From contig CAVONO010000014.1 of assembly GCA_963697305.1 (NCBI GenBank), positions 3,338-67,337 of the forward strand: 64,000 nucleotides of DNA, written 5' to 3'. The notes beneath the pieces are model-generated. The model saw nothing but the letters and a program-made list of their open reading frames with translations, did not search any database and was not told the DNA's origin. The position numbers and the translations under genes were made by a program. Shown piece after piece: positions 38,216-47,163 of this stretch (its first letter is position 1; every line of letters starts with the position of its first letter). This DNA comes from an uncultured Chloroflexia bacterium (GTDB taxonomy: Bacteria > Chloroflexota > Anaerolineae > Promineifilales > Promineifilaceae).

Positions 38216-38979
38216 GCGGAGATAATGACCAGCAACCATTGTTGGAAGGGCGGAATGTCAGCAAATTCTTTGGCGGGCTGGCCGCTCTCAGTCAGGTAGA
38301 TTTCGCGGTATACCCGCACGAGGTATTGGGTCTTATCGGTCCCAACGGCAGCGGCAAGACGACTTTGTTCGACTGTCTAAGTCGCGTGCAGAAGATCAGC
38401 GAGGGACAAGTGATCTTTAAGGGTGAAGATATAACGGACAAAAAGCCTTTTCAAGTGGCGCATATGGGCATGTCGCGAACTTTTCAAGTGATCCGGGTCT
38501 ATCGCAAGATGACGGTTCTGGAAAATATGCTGTTGAGCCGCCAATATGGGGGGCAAGGTCTGTTGAAATTATTCAGGCCTGCCCCGGAAGAAACGGAAAA
38601 ACGGGCAAGGGAATTGATCCATTTCTTGCTGCTGGATCGGGTTGTCGACGAAAAAGCGGGCAAATTATCCGGCGGGCAAAAACGTTTGCTGGAGATTGGG
38701 ATGGCTTTGATGCCAGACCCGGATCTGATTCTGCTCGACGAGGCGACATCAGGCGTCAACCCAACGCTGGTGGAAACGATCAAAGATCGCATCAGAGAAC
38801 TAAATACAAGGTATAACAAGACGTTCCTTCTGATTGAGCATAATATTCACTTTATCGCCGACCTGTGCAGCCGTGTTTTTGTGCTGAATTATGGACAGAA
38901 GCTGGCGGAGGGCACACCAGAGGAGATTATGGAGGACGAGGCGGTCATAGAAGCTTATTTTGGGGCGGAGGGAGGTTAG
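38212..38979 (+). CDS. livG: Branched-chain amino acid ABC transporter ATPase
   Basis: The GTG at 38212 overlaps the livM stop (GTGA). Walker A GPNGSGKTT, signature LSGGQKRLLEI, Walker B LILLDE. Confidence 0.9.
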   Translation: MSGDNDQQPLLEGRNVSKFFGGLAALSQVDFAVYPHEVLGLIGPNGSGKTTLFDCLSRVQKISEGQVIFKGEDITDKKPFQVAHMGMSRTFQVIRVYRKMTVLENMLLSRQYGGQGLLKLFRPAPEETEKRARELIHFLLLDRVVDEKAGKLSGGQKRLLEIGMALMPDPDLILLDEATSGVNPTLVETIKDRIRELNTRYNKTFLLIEHNIHFIADLCSRVFVLNYGQKLAEGTPEEIMEDEAVIEAYFGAEGG

Positions 38980-38980
38980 G

Positions 38981-39721
38981 ATGGACGGTATGGGTAATGG
39001 CCGGCCATTGCTGGAAGTACAGGATATTTACAGCGGTTACCAGACAGATTTCGACATCTTGCAAGGGGTCAGTTTATATGTCAAGCCGGGAGAGATCGTT
39101 TGCGTGATCGGTCCAAACGGCGCCGGTAAATCAACCGTGTTCAAGGCGCTGTACGGCTTCTTAAGCGTGCGCCGGGGGCGTGTGCTGTTCGACGACCGGG
39201 ATATCACCAACATCCGGCCGCAGGACACGTTGAAGACCGGGATTACGATTGTACCGCAGTTACGCAGCCTGTTCCCACAAATGACGGTTTATGAAAACCT
39301 GGAAATGGGCATGTATCTGGAAAGGGATAAAACGCGCATCAAGCAGCGCATCGATTACATCCTGGAGCTCTTCCCGCGGCTGGCGGAACGGGAAAAGCAG
39401 ATGGCGGGGACGATGAGCGGCGGCGAGCAGCGTATGTTGGAGATTGGCCGTGCGTTGATGTGGGAACCGAAGCTGGTTTTGATGGACGAACCCTCGGCCG
39501 GCCTGGCTCCCCTGATCACGAAGATGATTTTCGAAAGTATTCTACGCCTCAATGATGAGATTGGCCTGACGGTGCTGATGATCGAACAGAATGCACGGCA
39601 GGGATTGCAGATCAGCGATCGCGGTTACGTGCTGGAATTGGGCCGCAACAGTTATGAAGGTACGGGGCAAGAGTTGTTAGGAAATGAAGAAGTGCGGCGC
39701 GCGTTTTTGGGCGGCAGGTAG
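38981..39721 (+). CDS. livF: Branched-chain amino acid ABC transporter ATPase
   Basis: GGAGGT RBS then the ATG at 38981. Walker A GPNGAGKST, signature MSGGEQRMLEI, Walker B LVLMDE. Confidence 0.9.
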   Translation: MDGMGNGRPLLEVQDIYSGYQTDFDILQGVSLYVKPGEIVCVIGPNGAGKSTVFKALYGFLSVRRGRVLFDDRDITNIRPQDTLKTGITIVPQLRSLFPQMTVYENLEMGMYLERDKTRIKQRIDYILELFPRLAEREKQMAGTMSGGEQRMLEIGRALMWEPKLVLMDEPSAGLAPLITKMIFESILRLNDEIGLTVLMIEQNARQGLQISDRGYVLELGRNSYEGTGQELLGNEEVRRAFLGGR

Positions 39722-39735
39722 GTGGGGTTTTACAC

Positions 39736-40188
39736 ATGAAGCATTATTTGGTACGGGATTGGATGCAAAGAAAGGTTATTTCGGCGGGGCCGAATATGGG
39801 CATGTTGGAAGCGCACCGGCTCATGCGCAACAACAAGATCAGGCGATTACCTATTGTGGCGCGTGATGGCAAGTTGGTGGGGATCGTCACGCGCAGCGAT
39901 GTGCGCCAGGCAGAACCTTCAGAAGCCACGACATTGAATGTATGGGAAATGAATTACTTGCTGGCCAAATTGCAGCTAAGTGACATTATGACCCGCGAGC
40001 CATATTATGTGCGTCCTGAAGACACGATCAAAACGGCGGCAACACTCATGCACAGTAACAAGATTGGCGCCTTGCCCGTCGTAGACGAGGAGAATAAGGT
40101 AGTTGGCATCTTGACTGAATCGGATGTCTTCCGGGTCTTGATTGAGTGGTTCGATGAAGATATGAGGAGCGATGAAGAGGGGGGATAA
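39736..40188 (+). CDS. CBS-pair domain protein
   Basis: Two CBS repeats (RRLPIVARDGKLVGIVTRSD and GALPVVDEENKVVGILTESD). Confidence 0.85.
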   Translation: MKHYLVRDWMQRKVISAGPNMGMLEAHRLMRNNKIRRLPIVARDGKLVGIVTRSDVRQAEPSEATTLNVWEMNYLLAKLQLSDIMTREPYYVRPEDTIKTAATLMHSNKIGALPVVDEENKVVGILTESDVFRVLIEWFDEDMRSDEEGG

Positions 40189-40240
40189 TTGTTAATTGGT
40201 AAATTGTTGAAACTTGAATTGTTAATGTAATCGGCGAACT

Positions 40241-41515
40241 GTGACCGGCCGGCGCTACTACTATGGCTGGGTGATCGTTGGCGTCAGCGGGATTATCTTG
40301 CTGGTCGCTTTCGGGATTCGTCTTTCTTTCACCGTCTTTTTTGTCGCCCTCACTGAGGATTTCGCCTGGCTGCGGGCTGAAACTTCGCTTGTCTTCTCCG
40401 TAAGCATGATTGTTTTTGCGGCCACCTCCTTGTTCGCGGGCATGGCCATGGATCGCTGGGGAGCGCACTTCGTATTCGCCTTTGGCGCCGGGCTGTTGGC
40501 GATTGGTCTGTTTTTAAGCAGCCTGATCCAGACATTGGGACAACTAATCCTCACTTATGGCGTTGTCGTCGGCTTAGGGATCACTATCCTGGGATTGGGA
40601 CCCCAGGCGGGTCTATTGGCGAGCTGGTTTCGGCGGCGGCTGGGACTGGCCATTGGTTTGGCTTTTGCCGGAACCGGGCTGGGGACTTTGATTTTGACGC
40701 CAGGGGTGGAGTTGATTATCTCCAATTGGGGCTGGCGCGCCGCCTATCGTCTGCTGGCCATGCTGGCGCTGCTGCTCATCCCCCTCATCCTGATTTTTAT
40801 TCGGCGCAGCCCGCGAACTTTTGGCCGGCGCGAACATGAGAAATCGGAAGTTAGCGGTACGCGGCACAGCCGTTTGCGGCGCAGCAACTGGACCATGTCT
40901 GCGGCCGTACGCACCCACTCTTTCTGGCTGGTGATGATCGCCGCTTTCGGGGCGATAGGTCCCCTGCGCATGCTAACGGTGCACCAGCTGGCGGTGGCTG
41001 TTGGGGCGGGTTACGATCGTCTGTATGCAGCGACGGTGATCGGTTTCTCCGGGCTGGTGACGGCCGTAGCTTTTGTCGGTTTCGGTTATCTATCCGACCG
41101 CATCGGCCGTCGAAAAACGTACGTGATCGGATCCCTCTGTCTTTTGATGGCGATCGCTATCCTGTCCCGGCTCAACACAGCACAGCAGGCAAGTTGGCTG
41201 CTCGCTTATGCGCTGCTGCTGGGAGCGGGAGAAGGGTCGCGTTCGTCGTTGGTAACGGCCGTGGCCAGCGATCTTTTTCCCGGCAACGCATTGGGCTCGA
41301 TCAACGGCGCTGTGGGGTCGGCCTTTGGCGCGGGGGCGGCCCTATTCCCCTGGTTCGCCGGGCACATTTTTGATCTGAGCGGGGCTTATACGGCCGCGTT
41401 TTTCGTGGCGTCGGGGGCGGTGGTGGTTTCGACGATTGCTTTGTGGTTGGCGAAGAGTTTTGCGCCCAGAAATTCAGGGATAAGGGAAGTGGGCGGGCGA
41501 GACAGCGCGGATTGA
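40241..41515 (+). CDS. MFS transporter (oxalate/formate antiporter or MCT-like)
   Basis: Twelve hydrophobic segments and the MFS loop motif GMAMDRWG. Confidence 0.75.
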   Translation: MTGRRYYYGWVIVGVSGIILLVAFGIRLSFTVFFVALTEDFAWLRAETSLVFSVSMIVFAATSLFAGMAMDRWGAHFVFAFGAGLLAIGLFLSSLIQTLGQLILTYGVVVGLGITILGLGPQAGLLASWFRRRLGLAIGLAFAGTGLGTLILTPGVELIISNWGWRAAYRLLAMLALLLIPLILIFIRRSPRTFGRREHEKSEVSGTRHSRLRRSNWTMSAAVRTHSFWLVMIAAFGAIGPLRMLTVHQLAVAVGAGYDRLYAATVIGFSGLVTAVAFVGFGYLSDRIGRRKTYVIGSLCLLMAIAILSRLNTAQQASWLLAYALLLGAGEGSRSSLVTAVASDLFPGNALGSINGAVGSAFGAGAALFPWFAGHIFDLSGAYTAAFFVASGAVVVSTIALWLAKSFAPRNSGIREVGGRDSAD

Positions 41516-41558
41516 GGTTGGTTCGGCAAAGACGAGATGTTGCCGCGCTGTCTCGCCC

Positions 41559-42368
41559 CTACGTGATTTTTGTGGTGTTGCAGATTACGGTACCCGATGC
41601 GGATTGGGGTGTCAAGAGCGTCCGTTCCACATGACCGGGTTCGAGACCGGAGAAGATGCGGATCTGCATTTGCGGTTGGGCGGAGACGAGGTCGAGCATG
41701 CTGCGTACTTTGCCGGCCATGCCGCCGGTGACGTCGGTGCCGCGCGAGCCGCCGAGGGCCGGCGCGATTGCTTCTAGATTTGCTGCGCTGATCAGAGGTA
41801 CGACCTGCCCCTCCAAATCGAGCACGCCGGCTGAATCTCCCGCCAGGAGCAGCCAGGACGGCCGTATTGTTTGGGCCAAATACATCATCACCTCTTCTGT
41901 AGAGATGATCGTGCCGCTGCGCACGGTATCAAAAGCGACATCGCCAAAGACGACAGGCAGCAAGCCAGCTTGCAGGGCCAACTGCACAGGCCGCACAGCC
42001 AGCTCCTGGATCTGGCCATCCTCACAGAGCGCCGATGCGGAGGGCTGCAAGCTCAAGGCAGGAACGCCGGCCTGCAGCAGGGCGGCTATTACCAGTTCGT
42101 TGAGGCGGGAGGCGGCGGCGCTGACCTGGGCGAAGCCGCGCCATTGATCGGCCGTGCGCACGCCCTGGCGGGTTCCATGCTGGGCGCCATGCACGTGGCC
42201 AAAGGAACCGCTGCCATGCCCTAGAACGAGCTTTAGGTCTGGGTTGGCTTCACGCGCGCGCTGTATTTCCTGAGCCAGGCGGGCCAAGGTGGGTCCCCGT
42301 ACTTCCTCTACGCCACTCTTGTCGGTAATGAGCGAGCCACCGAGTTTTAGGAATAAGATGGGGTTCAT
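41559..42368 (-). CDS. Isopentenyl phosphate kinase (amino-acid kinase fold)
   Basis: LKLGGSLITDK and GHGSGSFGH motifs. About 270 aa. Confidence 0.8.
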   Translation of the reverse strand: MNPILFLKLGGSLITDKSGVEEVRGPTLARLAQEIQRAREANPDLKLVLGHGSGSFGHVHGAQHGTRQGVRTADQWRGFAQVSAAASRLNELVIAALLQAGVPALSLQPSASALCEDGQIQELAVRPVQLALQAGLLPVVFGDVAFDTVRSGTIISTEEVMMYLAQTIRPSWLLLAGDSAGVLDLEGQVVPLISAANLEAIAPALGGSRGTDVTGGMAGKVRSMLDLVSAQPQMQIRIFSGLEPGHVERTLLTPQSASGTVICNTTKIT

Positions 42369-42379
42369 GTTTTCTCCTG

Positions 42380-42421
42380 GCTGAAAGCTGATCGCTTTCA
42401 GCTTTCAGTCATCAGCTCCCG
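42380..42421. repeat. Heptanucleotide array (GCTTTCA family)
   Basis: Units GCTGAAA GCTGATC GCTTTCA GCTTTCA GTCATCA GCTCCCG. It overlaps the last 7 codons and the stop of the hydrolase-LOG gene. Confidence 0.85.
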
Positions 42422-43831
42422 GCATCGCTGTACGACGAAAGATACGGCCGATTCGGGTGAGTCTGCAAAATGCAGCAAGGCCAGATGTTCGGGGCGGATG
42501 ACGGCGGGATCGTTGAAGGCGTTTATGGTTCCATGCCATGTTTCGCCAAGCAGGGATAACGGCCGTTGTTCGATCTCACCGACCTGCATGAAACTCCAGG
42601 CGAGGGCCATCTCCGACAGGGTGCCGATACCGCCAGGCAAGATGATCATACCGTCGTTATTGATGACCAGGTGCAGCAGCCGCTCCTGCAGCGTCTCATA
42701 GCGGATCTCCTCAATGACCCATTCATTTGGCCCCAGAGGGCGGAACTGCTCTATCTGGTCACAGGTCACGCCAATAACGTGCCCTCCTGCTTCGGCCGCG
42801 CCTTGAGAAACGGCCGACATGGTGCCGCTGTATCCGCCAGTGGCCACGGCAAAGCCGGCTTCGGCCAGCAGACGGCCGGCCTGCCGCGCCTCTTCATAGT
42901 CGGGCGTGCCCGGTTGCGGGGCAGAACTGCCAAATACAGAAATGACAGGCCTCGTAGAAGAGGAATCCTCCTGCTCAGCCAGGGCTGATAAGGCCTGGGC
43001 ACCATCTTCCCCTTTGAAAAATGCGCGGGCAAGGGCCTGAACCTGCGCCTGCTGCTCCAAAATGAGCATATGGCCACATTGGCTTAATAGCAGTGCCTCT
43101 CCATCGGGCAGTAAATCGGCCAGCTCAGCCGCCTGGCTCGCGGGCAGCACCGGATCCTCCTGACCCCAAACGATAAAGGTGGGCACGCGCATGGTTTCTA
43201 GCCCTGGCCGCATATCTTCGAAAGCGACTATTTTCATGACATCGGACGACGCGCGCGCCAGGTCATAATCTTGCAGGCGGCGCTCCCAGACGCTCTCATC
43301 TTGTTTGTCCGCATCGTAGAAGGAGAGCTTAACCTGCTGCTTGACCATGGCCCTGGACTGGGAAACAACGGTACTTAGATCCACCAGGCCGAGCGTTATA
43401 CCGGCACGCTTCAGATAGTGAGGATACATCTTGCTGGCCAGGACAGCCGGCGCCAATAAAAGCAAGCGCACCACATCTTCGGGATAGGACATGGCGTAGC
43501 TGGTGGCCAACGAGCCGCCAAAAGAATGGCCGGCCAAGATCATGGGCGGAAGGTCCAGCGTTTCACGAAATGCAGCCAGCCACTCCACCAAATGGGGAAA
43601 GGTGAAGGGCGTTGTGCTGTCGCTGAAGCCAAAGCCGGGAATATCGGGAGCGATAAGCCAGAAATCAGCCGCCAATTCGTGCATCATCTCGCGGTATACA
43701 TCCCCGGAACTGGTCATGCCGTGTAACAAGAGCACCGGCCGTCCATCCGGTTGCCCGGCAGTGACAAATGAAGTCTTGATACCCAGCGCGTCTACAGCCT
43801 GGCGTGGAAACTCGGGATAAGGGTAGGGCAA
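42398..43831 (-). CDS. Alpha/beta-hydrolase fused to a LOG/TIGR00730 (nucleotide N-glycosidase-like) domain
   Basis: The N-terminal part has the nucleophile elbow GHSFGG and a C-terminal His (QCGHM). The C-terminal part has ATGGYSGTMSAVSQGA and PGGIGTLSE, the LOG family PGGxGTxxE motif. Confidence 0.8.
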   Translation of the reverse strand: MPYPYPEFPRQAVDALGIKTSFVTAGQPDGRPVLLLHGMTSSGDVYREMMHELAADFWLIAPDIPGFGFSDSTTPFTFPHLVEWLAAFRETLDLPPMILAGHSFGGSLATSYAMSYPEDVVRLLLLAPAVLASKMYPHYLKRAGITLGLVDLSTVVSQSRAMVKQQVKLSFYDADKQDESVWERRLQDYDLARASSDVMKIVAFEDMRPGLETMRVPTFIVWGQEDPVLPASQAAELADLLPDGEALLLSQCGHMLILEQQAQVQALARAFFKGEDGAQALSALAEQEDSSSTRPVISVFGSSAPQPGTPDYEEARQAGRLLAEAGFAVATGGYSGTMSAVSQGAAEAGGHVIGVTCDQIEQFRPLGPNEWVIEEIRYETLQERLLHLVINNDGMIILPGGIGTLSEMALAWSFMQVGEIEQRPLSLLGETWHGTINAFNDPAVIRPEHLALLHFADSPESAVSFVVQRCRELMTES

Positions 43832-43852
43832 TGGTTGTTCTCCTTGGTGAAA

Positions 43853-43887
43853 GCTGACAGCTATCAGCTTTCAGCTTTCAGCTTCTT
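43853..43887. repeat. Heptanucleotide array (GCTTTCA family)
   Basis: Units GCTGACA GCTATCA GCTTTCA GCTTTCA GCTTCTT. It fills most of the 65-nt spacer between the two hydrolase genes. Confidence 0.85.
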
Positions 43888-43896
43888 CAGTCGCAT

Positions 43897-44733
43897 TCAA
43901 TCAAAGTGATCTGCTAAGAAGCGGCGAGCTATCTCCTGGAACACTGTTTGTTGTTCCAGGATGGATACATGGCCGCATTCAGCCAGCATGTGCAGTTGCG
44001 CATTGGGCAGCAGCGCCTGCAAATCATGCGCGTCTGACGGGGGCACGACATGGTCGTTTTCGCCCCACACCAAACAGACAGGTTGGGTAATTTGGCCTAG
44101 TGACGGCCGTATATCAAGAAAGGCGGACGCTTTTATTACCTCGGCCGATGCGCGTGCCAACTTATAATCTTGCCGCCGCCGCTGCCACACGCTTTCATCT
44201 TGTTCTTCTGGCGCATAGAAAGGGGCTTTGATCTGTCGCTTAACCCACAGTGGCGATTGGGAAAAGGCGAAAGCAAGGTCGATCAGGCCGAGGGAGATGC
44301 CGATATGCTTCAGCAGTTTGGGATAGGCGCCGTTGCTCAATATGGAAGGCGCGGCCAAAATCAGGCTGCTTACATCTTGGGGATAGGCTACCGTATAAGC
44401 GACCCCCACTGTCCCGCCAAATGAATGGCCTAGCAGCGCACAGGGCGGCAGATCCAAAGCCATACAGAGGGCGGCCAACCACTCCACGAGATGGGCGTAG
44501 GTGTACGGCCGTGTGTTTTCACTGTAACCAAAGCCGGGAATGTCCGGGGCAAGCAGCCAGAATTCACCGGCCAGTCCGTGCATCGTCTCACGGAAACTGT
44601 CGGCGGCGGTGGACATGCCATGGAGGAGCAAAACGGGGCCCTTGTTGCCCTCACCAAGCATGTAGTAGTTTGTACGGACGCCTAAAGCGTCTACTTCGTA
44701 ACGGGGCGCTTCAGGATATATTTTGTTCACCAA
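43897..44733 (-). CDS. Alpha/beta-hydrolase, a tandem paralogue of the N-terminal half of the 42398-43831 product
   Basis: GHSFGG elbow and ECGHV. It aligns by eye at roughly half identity with the neighbouring hydrolase domain. Confidence 0.85.
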   Translation of the reverse strand: MVNKIYPEAPRYEVDALGVRTNYYMLGEGNKGPVLLLHGMSTAADSFRETMHGLAGEFWLLAPDIPGFGYSENTRPYTYAHLVEWLAALCMALDLPPCALLGHSFGGTVGVAYTVAYPQDVSSLILAAPSILSNGAYPKLLKHIGISLGLIDLAFAFSQSPLWVKRQIKAPFYAPEEQDESVWQRRRQDYKLARASAEVIKASAFLDIRPSLGQITQPVCLVWGENDHVVPPSDAHDLQALLPNAQLHMLAECGHVSILEQQTVFQEIARRFLADHFD

Positions 44734-44777
44734 TGGTTATAGCCTGATTCGACGTAATTTAACCGCTCAAGCAGTTA

Positions 44778-45731
44778 CTACGAAACTAAACCTTCGCCTG
44801 CCAGGCCTGGGATTGTACCTAAGGAGCGCGCGTAGCGTACGGCGTTGCGGATCGCTTCGGCGACCATTTCCGCGGCTGCTGTCGCTACCATTTCAAAGGG
44901 CGCGTTTACTTGATCGGTGGCCAGGGCAAAGGCGGTATCCCCTTCATGGGTCATGTGCACCGGCCGTATGGCAATGGCCAGGCCATCGTGGGCGCGCTGC
45001 GCCAAACGGAAGGCGTCTACTTTGCTCATTTTGGCGTTGGTCATGACGACAGCCAGTGTCGTGTTGGTACCCATCTGCGGCGGTGGAGCAAAAGGAGCGT
45101 AACGCAAAGGATAACGATCCACGCGCCAGGCGCCATCCTCATCATGAGCACCGGCCAGTACCGAGCCGTCCCTGTTTAGCACATCGCCGATGGCATTGAC
45201 CACCACGGCCGCACCTACGAAAAGGTCATCCAGTTGCACGCCGGCCAGGCCAAAACCGCCCTTCATCATACCTTCCGGACCAGACCACTTGCCCACGGTC
45301 ACGCCAGCCCCGGCACCAACATTGCCTTGAACATGGTTAGCGGGCCGCGCGTCCAGGCAGGCGGCGTAACCCATTTTCGGGCCGGGAGGATATTCGCCCC
45401 GGTTAAGAAAAAGATCAAAAACCACGGCCGCGCTGACGATCGGTACGGGACGGACAGGCGTGACGTAGCCGAACCCATGTTCGGCCAGGTAACGTACCAC
45501 ACCATCGGCCGTCGCCAGGCCAAACGCGCTGCCGCCGGTCAGTACGACCGCGTTCAGTTTATGTAACGGCCGTTCGGGAGCCAGCAGGGCGATCTCGCGC
45601 GTGCCCGGTCCAGGTCCGCGCACATCCACACTGGCCACCGCCCCTTGCGGGCAGAGGATAACGGTACATCCGGTGTGATGTTCCTCGTCCGTGGCATGGC
45701 CGATTTTTATCCCAGGAATTTCAAAGGTCAC
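44778..45731 (-). CDS. DmpA/S58 (P1) family aminopeptidase
   Basis: GIKIGHATDEEHHTGCTVIL...LTGGSAFGLA...TNTTLAVV pattern. Confidence 0.85.
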   Translation of the reverse strand: MTFEIPGIKIGHATDEEHHTGCTVILCPQGAVASVDVRGPGPGTREIALLAPERPLHKLNAVVLTGGSAFGLATADGVVRYLAEHGFGYVTPVRPVPIVSAAVVFDLFLNRGEYPPGPKMGYAACLDARPANHVQGNVGAGAGVTVGKWSGPEGMMKGGFGLAGVQLDDLFVGAAVVVNAIGDVLNRDGSVLAGAHDEDGAWRVDRYPLRYAPFAPPPQMGTNTTLAVVMTNAKMSKVDAFRLAQRAHDGLAIAIRPVHMTHEGDTAFALATDQVNAPFEMVATAAAEMVAEAIRNAVRYARSLGTIPGLAGEGLVS

Positions 45732-45852
45732 AAAATCCTCCGCATATGAAGTCGGATGCAGATTTCCTGAAAAAGGACTTTGAACACTGATGAACGCAGA
45801 TTTTTCAAAAATGGTGACAATTCAGCGCAGTGTTAATTCAATCTCAACAAAT

Positions 45853-45914
45853 AGAAGTTCAACTTTTTAGCGAATAAATCGAAGAAACTGCATGATTTGA
45901 AAAGTTGAACTTCT
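45853..45914. repeat. Hairpin repeat element, copy 3
   Basis: Arms AGAAGTTCAACTTTT (45853-45867) and AAAAGTTGAACTTCT (45900-45914) are perfectly complementary, with a 32-nt loop. Confidence 0.85.
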
Positions 45915-46076
45915 TGCTTAACAGAGAATTCAGTCCTTGCTTGATTCAGAAAGTGTAGTTATTAGGTCAGCTATAAAGCGGGCAGATTATAGGCCATTTT
46001 GAGCAAAGGTTAAAAAGGGTGTGAAGTCGCTGCCGCCTGCTTGCAATCAGTGCGGCCAGGAATATACTACGGTGCC

Positions 46077-46841
46077 ATGATCCGCTTTCTGCGCTGGCTG
46101 TTTGCGCCCCGTTTTCGCCCCTTGAAGCTGCTGCTCGCCGCTTGTTTACTGCTGCTCTTTTTTTGGTTCGCCTTGCAGGCCACAAACCTTCTGCGCGATT
46201 GGCGAGACCCGCGCAGCGAATCGTTTTCCCAGTGGTTGCAGGGAGATACGGGGTCCCGGGAGAAGCTGATCACGGTGCAGCGCGATCTCTGCCCAGAGGC
46301 GCCTTTTATCCTGCCCGCGGATGGTTTCATCGGCCTGCTCTACGGCGACCCGCGCGGCCCTTATTCACAGAGTTACCCCCACCAGGGCATTGATATCTTC
46401 AGCAACGCTGATCCCGGCGTGGTGCCGGTCTATGCCGCTTTTGACGGGTATGTCACCAGGGAAGCGGAATGGAAGAGCAGCTTGATTATACGCGTGCCGC
46501 AGGATCCGCTGCAGGCGGGAAGGCAGGTGTGGCTCTATTACACGCATATGGCGGACGAAGCGGGTAACGATTTCATCGAAGATGCCTTTCCTGCCGGCAC
46601 ACAAGACAAGTTTGTGCAGCAGGGCACCTTGTTGGGTTACACCGGGAACTATGATGGTAACGCTTTCCGTGATACTTGGGTGCATCTGCACTTTTCGGTG
46701 GTGAAAGATAAGGGCAACGGCCGTTACAGCAATGAATTGGACTTCGACAATACGCTCGATCCCTCTCCTTATTTGGGCATGTCTGTTAATTATGCTTGTG
46801 ATACGGCCGCCAGCGGTTGTTCTTCTACTCCTACTTGCTAA
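46077..46841 (+). CDS. M23 family metallopeptidase with an N-terminal TM/signal segment
   Basis: HQGIDIF (HxxxD) and WVHLHFSV (HxH). The ORF is open from TTG 46041, and ATG 46077 precedes the hydrophobic segment. Confidence 0.8.
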   Translation: MIRFLRWLFAPRFRPLKLLLAACLLLLFFWFALQATNLLRDWRDPRSESFSQWLQGDTGSREKLITVQRDLCPEAPFILPADGFIGLLYGDPRGPYSQSYPHQGIDIFSNADPGVVPVYAAFDGYVTREAEWKSSLIIRVPQDPLQAGRQVWLYYTHMADEAGNDFIEDAFPAGTQDKFVQQGTLLGYTGNYDGNAFRDTWVHLHFSVVKDKGNGRYSNELDFDNTLDPSPYLGMSVNYACDTAASGCSSTPTC

Positions 46842-47025
46842 CGTGTATGTATCATGCCAGCTAGTAATTGAGTGGGTCGCATTTTCAAATGCGACAGGCC
46901 GGTATCTGAGAATGCCTGCTACTCCAATCGGGCGGTAAAAACCTTAGCCGGGCTTTTCGCCCCGCCTTCTTTTGTTTCAGCCAGAAATCTTGGGATAGTG
47001 TCCTCCGGTACTCTTGCCGCGACCA

Positions 47026-47087
47026 GGAAGCTCAACTTTTCCAATCGTGACCTGGCACACGTAGTTGGGACAAAAAGTTGAACTTCA
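47026..47087. repeat. Hairpin repeat element, copy 4
   Basis: Arms GGAAGCTCAACTTTT (47026-47040) and AAAAGTTGAACTTCA (47073-47087), with a 32-nt loop. Confidence 0.8.
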
Positions 47088-47163
47088 CGCTGAGAAATGG
47101 GTAAGGTTTGCCCAACTGATCTTCGTTCTGGGTTACAATTTTGGCAGAATAAGGAAATGAAAT

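Noticed and set aside
23404-47087. Reading the four hairpin elements as integron attC sites that define a cassette array.
   Set aside because: The GTTCAAC/GTTGAAC cores fit RYYYAAC/GTTRRRY, but there is no intI or attI in the window. The elements are 1-16 kb apart among housekeeping genes in mixed orientations, and the arms pair perfectly without the extrahelical bases typical of attC. A REPIN/MITE-like family is the more economical reading. The attC similarity is kept only as a note.
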